Source: Bacteroidales bacterium (GTDB lineage: Bacteria; Bacteroidota; Bacteroidia; Bacteroidales; Dysgonomonadaceae). Taken from it: a stretch of DNA of 64,000 bases. Of the stretch, positions 59,174 through 64,000 are shown in pieces. The translations under genes and the position numbers were made by a program. The stretch is taken from NCBI GenBank assembly GCA_012838585.1, contig DUPB01000031.1, forward strand, positions 1,017 to 65,016, in the 5' to 3' direction. Below the pieces are notes generated by a model. That model saw nothing but the letters and a program-made list of their open reading frames with translations, was not told where the DNA came from and ran no database searches. Numbering within the stretch: the stretch's first letter is position 1; each line of letters begins with the position of its first letter.

Positions 59174-59231
59174 TAATGAACTCTTCAGCTTTCAAGACGA
59201 GAAAGCACAAAAAGTTTCTCGATCCGGACTC

Positions 59232-59687
59232 TCAACGGCAAGGAATCTTGTTGATTCGTCGCAGATGCCTCCCCCCCTCGAACGGCGTGTTCAAGAAGGC
59301 AACCAGGATTTCGTATATCTCCTCCTCCGTAAGCAACCTACCTGGCATCGAGAGCACGTTAGCGTCGTTGTGCGCCCGCGCGAGGAATGCCACGTCGGGC
59401 GACCAGCAGAGCGCAGACCGTATCCCCTGGTGCTTGTTCATCGTCATGTTGATACCATTACCACTACCGCAAATAGCGATACCGGGGTAGCACTCGCCCT
59501 TTTCCACGGCCAAGGCCAGCGGGTGCGCGTAATCGGCGTAATCAACCGCTTCCCCGGAGTATGTACCAAAGTCCTTGTAGGGAATCCCTTGCTCCTTCAG
59601 CACACCGAGAATATACTGTTTCGCTTCAAAGCCGGCATGATCCGATGCGAGGCCGATGGGTTTTTCAACGTTATTAAAAAGCGACAT
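59232..59687 (-). CDS. rpiB: Ribose-5-phosphate isomerase B
   Basis: ASDHAG, ICGSGNG, AHNDANVL, FEGGRHLRR; downstream of tkt. Confidence 0.93.
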   Translation of the reverse strand: MSLFNNVEKPIGLASDHAGFEAKQYILGVLKEQGIPYKDFGTYSGEAVDYADYAHPLALAVEKGECYPGIAICGSGNGINMTMNKHQGIRSALCWSPDVAFLARAHNDANVLSMPGRLLTEEEIYEILVAFLNTPFEGGRHLRRINKIPCR

Positions 59688-59697
59688 GATGGATCGT

Positions 59698-61722
59698 TTA
59701 TAGTATCTTCTTTACCTGTTCGTAAACGTTCTTGCCGGTATACCCTAACTTCTCATCGAGCACCGTGTAGGGAGCCGAAAAGCCAAAGGAGTTCATACCC
59801 CAAACCTTTCCATCAGCACCCACCAGCCCTTCAAGCGTAACGGGCAGTCCCGCGGTAAGGCCAAATTTCCGCTTCCCCTTGGGCAGTACCGACTCCTGAT
59901 ATTCAACCGGCTGCGACCTGAACAACCCCTCGGAGGGAACGGAGACAATCCGAACCCTCACGCCATCGGCACGAAGCAGGGCAGCACCCTCAACCAGCGT
60001 AGACACCTCCGAACCCGACGCCAGTAAAATCACGTCGAAATCCTCCTCATCTTGTACAATGTAGGCTCCCTTATCGGCTTGGAACGCCTCGTCGATGCGG
60101 GATTCGGCAGCCGGTAGGTCTTTGATATTCTGTCGGCTTAAAATGAGCCCCGTGGGGGTTTGATTGTTTTCAAGCGCCATCTTCCAGGCGACCGTCGTTT
60201 CATGCACATCGGCGGGGCGCAGCACCAACATCGAGTTGCGGCCACTGTGATTCTGCAACTTCTCCATCAGTCGGATTTGTGCCTCTTGCTCCACCGGCTG
60301 GTGGGTAGGACCATCTTCTCCCACCCTGAACGCGTCGTGCGTCCAGATAAAGATAACGGGGGTCTCCATTAACGCGGCAATGCGGATAGAGGGTTTCATG
60401 TAGTCAGAGAAGACGAAGAACGTTCCGCAAGCCGGGATTACCCCGCCATGCAGGCTCATGCCGATGCAGAGGCACGACATGGTGAACTCCGAAACACCCG
60501 CTTGCAGGAAGGCACCGGTGAAATCCCCTTTCGCGAAAGCTTTGGTTTGTTTCAAGAAACCGTCTGTCTTATCGGAGTTAGAAAGGTCGGCCGAGGCCAC
60601 CACCATATTTTCTACCTTCTGTGCCAGCACCCCTAACACGGTTGCAGAGGCTGCACGGGTAGCCGATCCCGATTTCTGCTCAATACCCTTCCAATCGATC
60701 TCGGGCAATTCGCGAGAGAACCACTTCCGCTTCTTCTCCGCCAATTGGGGATGCGCTTTGCCCCACGCCTCCTCCTTCGCTTTTTTAGCGGCAACCAGTT
60801 CGCGTAGCTTCTCTTTCCGTTTTTCATACATCGCTTTAACCTCTTCGGGAATCACGAACGGGTTGGCCGGGTCTCCCCCTAAGGCCTTAATGGTCCGTGC
60901 CACGTCGGCACCGGCCGCGCTCAAGGGTTGCCCATGGGTAGAGATTTGATTTTCAAACGAGCTGTTATCCGCGGTCAATGCCCCTTTCCCCATCACCGTA
61001 TCACCAATGATCAGGGTGGGCTGTCCCTTTACCCCTTTCGCTTCAATGAGCGCTTCCCGTATCTCGTCCACGTCGTTCCCGTCGATCGTGATCACGTACC
61101 ACCCCCACGCTTCGTACTTCGACGCCACATCTTCACTCGTGACCTCATCGGTGGTAGTGGAGAGCTGAATCGTGTTGGAATCGTAAAACATGATCAGGTT
61201 ATCCAGTCCCAAGTGGCCGGCAATGCGACCCACTCCTTGGGATATCTCCTCCTGAATACCCCCGTCAGATATAAAAGCGTAGATCGTTTGGTTCATCACG
61301 TCACCCAGGCGTGCCTGAAGGAACTTGGCAGCGATGGCCGCACCCGCGGCGAAAGCATGCCCTTGACCCAGCGGCCCGGAAGTATTCTCCACACCCCGTT
61401 TCAGGTCGATCTCGGGATGACCCGCCGTGGGACTACCCCACTGACGGAAGTTCTGCAACTCTTCCAGGGAGTATTTTCCACTTAAGCAGAGCACAGAATA
61501 TAGCATGGGCGACATATGCCCCGGGTCAAGGAAAAAGCGATCCCTGGATTCCCAAGTAGGGTTATCGGGATCATACTCCAAAAACTCGCTGTAAAGGACG
61601 TTGATAAAATCTGCACCTCCCATGGCACCACCGGGATGGCCCGATTTTGCTTTCTCTACCATTGATGCCGACAAGATGCGAATCGTATCGGCTGCCTTGT
61701 TCATTAACGCGTTGTCGTTCAT
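59698..61722 (-). CDS. tkt: Transketolase
   Basis: SGHPGG, RDRFFLDPGH, TSGPLGQG, TPP motif SDGGIQEE, GEDGPTHQPVEQ, LRPAD. Confidence 0.96.
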   Translation of the reverse strand: MNDNALMNKAADTIRILSASMVEKAKSGHPGGAMGGADFINVLYSEFLEYDPDNPTWESRDRFFLDPGHMSPMLYSVLCLSGKYSLEELQNFRQWGSPTAGHPEIDLKRGVENTSGPLGQGHAFAAGAAIAAKFLQARLGDVMNQTIYAFISDGGIQEEISQGVGRIAGHLGLDNLIMFYDSNTIQLSTTTDEVTSEDVASKYEAWGWYVITIDGNDVDEIREALIEAKGVKGQPTLIIGDTVMGKGALTADNSSFENQISTHGQPLSAAGADVARTIKALGGDPANPFVIPEEVKAMYEKRKEKLRELVAAKKAKEEAWGKAHPQLAEKKRKWFSRELPEIDWKGIEQKSGSATRAASATVLGVLAQKVENMVVASADLSNSDKTDGFLKQTKAFAKGDFTGAFLQAGVSEFTMSCLCIGMSLHGGVIPACGTFFVFSDYMKPSIRIAALMETPVIFIWTHDAFRVGEDGPTHQPVEQEAQIRLMEKLQNHSGRNSMLVLRPADVHETTVAWKMALENNQTPTGLILSRQNIKDLPAAESRIDEAFQADKGAYIVQDEEDFDVILLASGSEVSTLVEGAALLRADGVRVRIVSVPSEGLFRSQPVEYQESVLPKGKRKFGLTAGLPVTLEGLVGADGKVWGMNSFGFSAPYTVLDEKLGYTGKNVYEQVKKIL

Positions 61723-61806
61723 ATACGTTGCAATAAAACGGTTATTATATTAAAATTAAAAAAGTTTCATGTAAGGATTTCCAATCAGGAGCGCTTTTCA
61801 GCCTCA

Positions 61807-61814
61807 CAAAGATA
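61807..61814 (-). promoter_or_regulatory. -7 box (TATCTTTG) for tkt-rpiB
   Basis: TAnnTTTG, 84 bp upstream of the tkt ATG. Confidence 0.55.
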
Positions 61815-61887
61815 ACATTTTTTTACTACTTTCCCGACTCTTGATTGATATGTTTACCCTATTTTTTGATATATCAACCCGAAACAG

Positions 61888-61895
61888 TAATTTTG
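61888..61895 (+). promoter_or_regulatory. -7 box (TAATTTTG) immediately before the TrmH-family gene
   Basis: TAnnTTTG, 4 bp before the ATG at 61900, implying a very short leader. Confidence 0.5.
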
Positions 61896-61899
61896 CGAT

Positions 61900-62661
61900 A
61901 TGGGGTTAAGCCGTAACAAGATCAAACTAATTCGTTCGTTAAAGGAGAAAAAGTTCCGTGACGAACAGCAACTCTTCGTGGCCGAGGGGAACAAGCTGGT
62001 ATCGGAACTGCTGAAGAACAAGAACAGCCGCTGCTACTTCCTGGCAGCCCTCCCCGAATGGTTGGATGCCCACCCGGGCATATTGGCCGGGGAGATCATC
62101 GTGGCCTCCGAAGCCGACCTGAACCGGGCCACGTTCATGAAAACCCCGCCCCCGGTAATCGCCCTCTTCCATCAGCCCAACCATGATGCCGGGCAGCTTG
62201 ACATGAAGGGCAATATTAGCCTGGTCCTCGATGGCGTACAAGACCCGGGGAACGTGGGTACCATCGTGCGCATTGCCGATTGGTTTGGAATTGAGCAGGT
62301 GATCTGTTCCGGCGATACCGCCGACATCTATAATCCCAAAACGGTTCAAGCCACGATGGGAGCCATCGCACGGGTAAAGGTGATCTACACGGATATCGTA
62401 CACTTCCTGCAAGAACAGGAGCGACTGCCCATCTACGGGACCTTTTTAGATGGCCACAACATCTACGAGGAGACGCTTCCCAACGCGGGAATCATCGTGT
62501 TAGGCAGCGAGGGGAAGGGTATTAGCCGAGAGGTGGAAAAAAGGATCAGCAGACGCCTCTTCATTCCCAGCTTCCCCACGGGGAGAGCCACTTCGGAGTC
62601 ACTTAACGTGGCGACTGCCGCGGCGATTATCTGCTCCGAGTTTCGTCGCGGACAGGCATGA
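61900..62661 (+). CDS. TrmH/SpoU family RNA 2'-O-methyltransferase
   Basis: SPOUT motifs LDGVQDPGNVGTIVR, LGSEGKGIS, ESLNVA. Confidence 0.92.
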   Translation: MGLSRNKIKLIRSLKEKKFRDEQQLFVAEGNKLVSELLKNKNSRCYFLAALPEWLDAHPGILAGEIIVASEADLNRATFMKTPPPVIALFHQPNHDAGQLDMKGNISLVLDGVQDPGNVGTIVRIADWFGIEQVICSGDTADIYNPKTVQATMGAIARVKVIYTDIVHFLQEQERLPIYGTFLDGHNIYEETLPNAGIIVLGSEGKGISREVEKRISRRLFIPSFPTGRATSESLNVATAAAIICSEFRRGQA

Positions 62662-62676
62662 CATGCCCGTCATACC

Positions 62677-62708
62677 AAAAAAAATCACGTATTGAAAAAT
62701 ACGTGATT
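62677..62708 (-). terminator. Terminator hairpin between the TrmH gene and tRNA-His
   Basis: Perfect 11-bp stem AATCACGTATT-gaaa-AATACGTGATT with an A run on the left (U tail on the minus strand). Confidence 0.75.
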
Positions 62709-62769
62709 ACCTAAAACAAATCTTATGAAGATAAAAACCTCATTTCCATTAGTTAAGAGTTGAGGTTCG

Positions 62770-62844
<75 letters not shown>

Positions 62845-62861
62845 ATATTGATTTGCGAGCA

Positions 62862-62869
62862 CAAAGGTA
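62862..62869 (-). promoter_or_regulatory. -7 box (TACCTTTG) for tRNA-His
   Basis: TAnnTTTG, 17 bp upstream of the tRNA. Confidence 0.6.
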
Positions 62870-62953
62870 CAACATTTTTTTCATATCACATTAAAATCGA
62901 CCTACATTTTTGATTTTCCCCGCCTCTTGTAAAGAAACTAGAGTTTTTTTTTG

Positions 62954-62961
62954 TAAGTTTG
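62954..62961 (+). promoter_or_regulatory. -7 box (TAAGTTTG) for the DUF151-rsmE operon
   Basis: TAnnTTTG in the divergent intergenic region. Confidence 0.45.
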
Positions 62962-63080
62962 TAATCCTTTGAAAAGGGAAAATACGATTTGAAGCAGGCA
63001 GACAAGAGGGGGTACGGATGCGCAAGCAGCCGTTATCCCTTGCGTTTCACCATGTTTTTGATATTAAAGCCAAAAACAAC

Positions 63081-63674
63081 ATGAAGAGCAATCTAATCAA
63101 ACTATCGATATTGGGCATATCCTTCAGCCAAGTTCAGGCTGGGGCTTACGCACTAATCTTTGCCGAAGAGAACGGCATTCGCCGCCTCCCCATCGTGATA
63201 GGAACCCCTGAGGCGCAATCCATCGCGATCGTCATGGAGGGCATCACGCCGCCCCGTCCCTTGTCGCATGACCTTATCTGCTCCATCTTTAAAGAGCTAG
63301 GTATTCAATTGATCGAGGTGGTTATCCATAAGTTCGAGGATGGTGCTTTTTTCTCTGAACTGCTGCTTAAACAGAACGGAAAGGAGTACCGAATTGATTC
63401 GCGTACGTCAGACGCCGTAGCAATAGCTATTCGTACGGGCTCCCCCATTTATACCACGCGGGAGATCATGCGAAATATGGCAATCGTGTTTGACGAACGT
63501 CCCACCACCTCATCAAGCGAGTCATCATCCTCGGAAGAGAGCGGGGAGGAAGAGCTATCAAAACTCCGTCTGGACACGCTAAAAAGTCGTCTCGAAGCCG
63601 CGGTCAATGAAGAGGACTACGAGCTGGCAACCCGGTTACGTGACGAAATCAACCGTCGGGAGAACCGATCGTGA
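63081..63674 (+). CDS. Bifunctional nuclease (DUF151/BFN) with C-terminal UVR domain
   Basis: RRLPIVIGTPEAQSIA, PPRPLSHDL, IDSRTSDAVAIAIR, and UVR-like AVNEEDYELATRLRDEI. ATG at 63081 preferred. Confidence 0.88.
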   Translation: MKSNLIKLSILGISFSQVQAGAYALIFAEENGIRRLPIVIGTPEAQSIAIVMEGITPPRPLSHDLICSIFKELGIQLIEVVIHKFEDGAFFSELLLKQNGKEYRIDSRTSDAVAIAIRTGSPIYTTREIMRNMAIVFDERPTTSSSESSSSEESGEEELSKLRLDTLKSRLEAAVNEEDYELATRLRDEINRRENRS

Positions 63675-63788
63675 TAGAAACATCTCGGGAAACCTGAAAG
63701 CTAAGAAACGAAAACAGTATCTTAACAGCTCCAAGAAGCCGAGCAAAAAGATTCCAGAAAAAAGCGAAAGTGCAAAAAAACAAAACAG

Positions 63789-64000
63789 ATGGCCGGAATC
63801 CTTTTCTACTGCCCCAACATCCTTGAAAGCCCGGTGCTACCCGAAGAGGAGTCGTACCACTGCGTGAAGGTACTGCGAACCCAAGAGGGAGAGATGGTGA
63901 CCGTCACCGATGGAAGGGGGTTCTTTTACCATTGCGAGCTTGTTCAAGCGCATCCCAAGCAGTGCATCGTGGCCATTCGTCACCAGGCTGAAACAGCCGT
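63789..64000 (+). CDS. rsmE: 16S rRNA (uracil-1498-N3)-methyltransferase, 5' part (runs off the window)
   Basis: Translated by hand: MAGILFYCPNILESPVLPEEESYHCVKVLRTQEGEMVTVTDGRGFFY..., matching the RsmE N-terminal H-x-x-x-VLR and x-DG-x-G motifs. Confidence 0.85.
   Translation, partial: MAGILFYCPNILESPVLPEEESYHCVKVLRTQEGEMVTVTDGRGFFYHCELVQAHPKQCIVAIRHQAETA

Noticed and set aside
59160-59840. 226-aa plus-strand ORF starting MRKLS
   Set aside because: Starts in the MITE right arm and runs antisense to rpiB and tkt; an artefact of the inverted repeat.

Overview
A 64-kb chromosomal segment from an anaerobic Bacteroidales genome. This is inferred from SusC/SusD, TamL/TamB, TAnnTTTG promoter boxes and Bacteroidetes-type housekeeping genes; a Dysgonomonadaceae/Proteiniphilum-like lineage is plausible but not provable here. 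(1) 1-7.8 kb: AT-rich accessory patch with a fimbrillin-like lipoprotein, three toxin-antitoxin modules (one intact HicAB, one with a truncated RelE/ParE toxin, one toxin-less XRE antitoxin) and a solitary attC-like hairpin. (2) 7.9-11.2 kb: ECF sigma, a putative anti-sigma fused to a beta-barrel, and an LVIVD lipoprotein. (3) 11.3-30.9 kb: GC-richer core genes (tamL, tamB, queA, hisS, ABC-F, plsC-like, dinB, yicC, gmk), several carrying repeat-derived in-frame insertions. (4) 30.9-40.9 kb: Fe-S/FAD lactate-dehydrogenase-like oxidoreductase, hydroxyproline dehydratase HypD with its activase, and two proline-directed peptidases. (5) 41-47.7 kb: an unusual operon encoding a NapC/NrfH tetraheme cytochrome fused to a Cys-less FGE/SUMF1-fold domain, two Tat-exported lipoprotein sugar-redox enzymes and a CcsBA heme lyase, with no nrfA. 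This is the best candidate for an undescribed system. (6) 48.7-59 kb: a SusC/SusD locus with no glycoside hydrolase and an S41 peptidase, preceded by a 214-bp MITE-like element (16-bp perfect terminal inverted repeats, 7-bp target duplication) that has a relative at 25.4 kb. (7) 59.2-64 kb: rpiB, tkt, a TrmH-family methyltransferase, tRNA-His, a DUF151 nuclease and partial rsmE. No CRISPR array, rRNA, transposase, integrase or reverse transcriptase was seen. Family calls come from motif recognition, not database searches, and GC statements are by eye.
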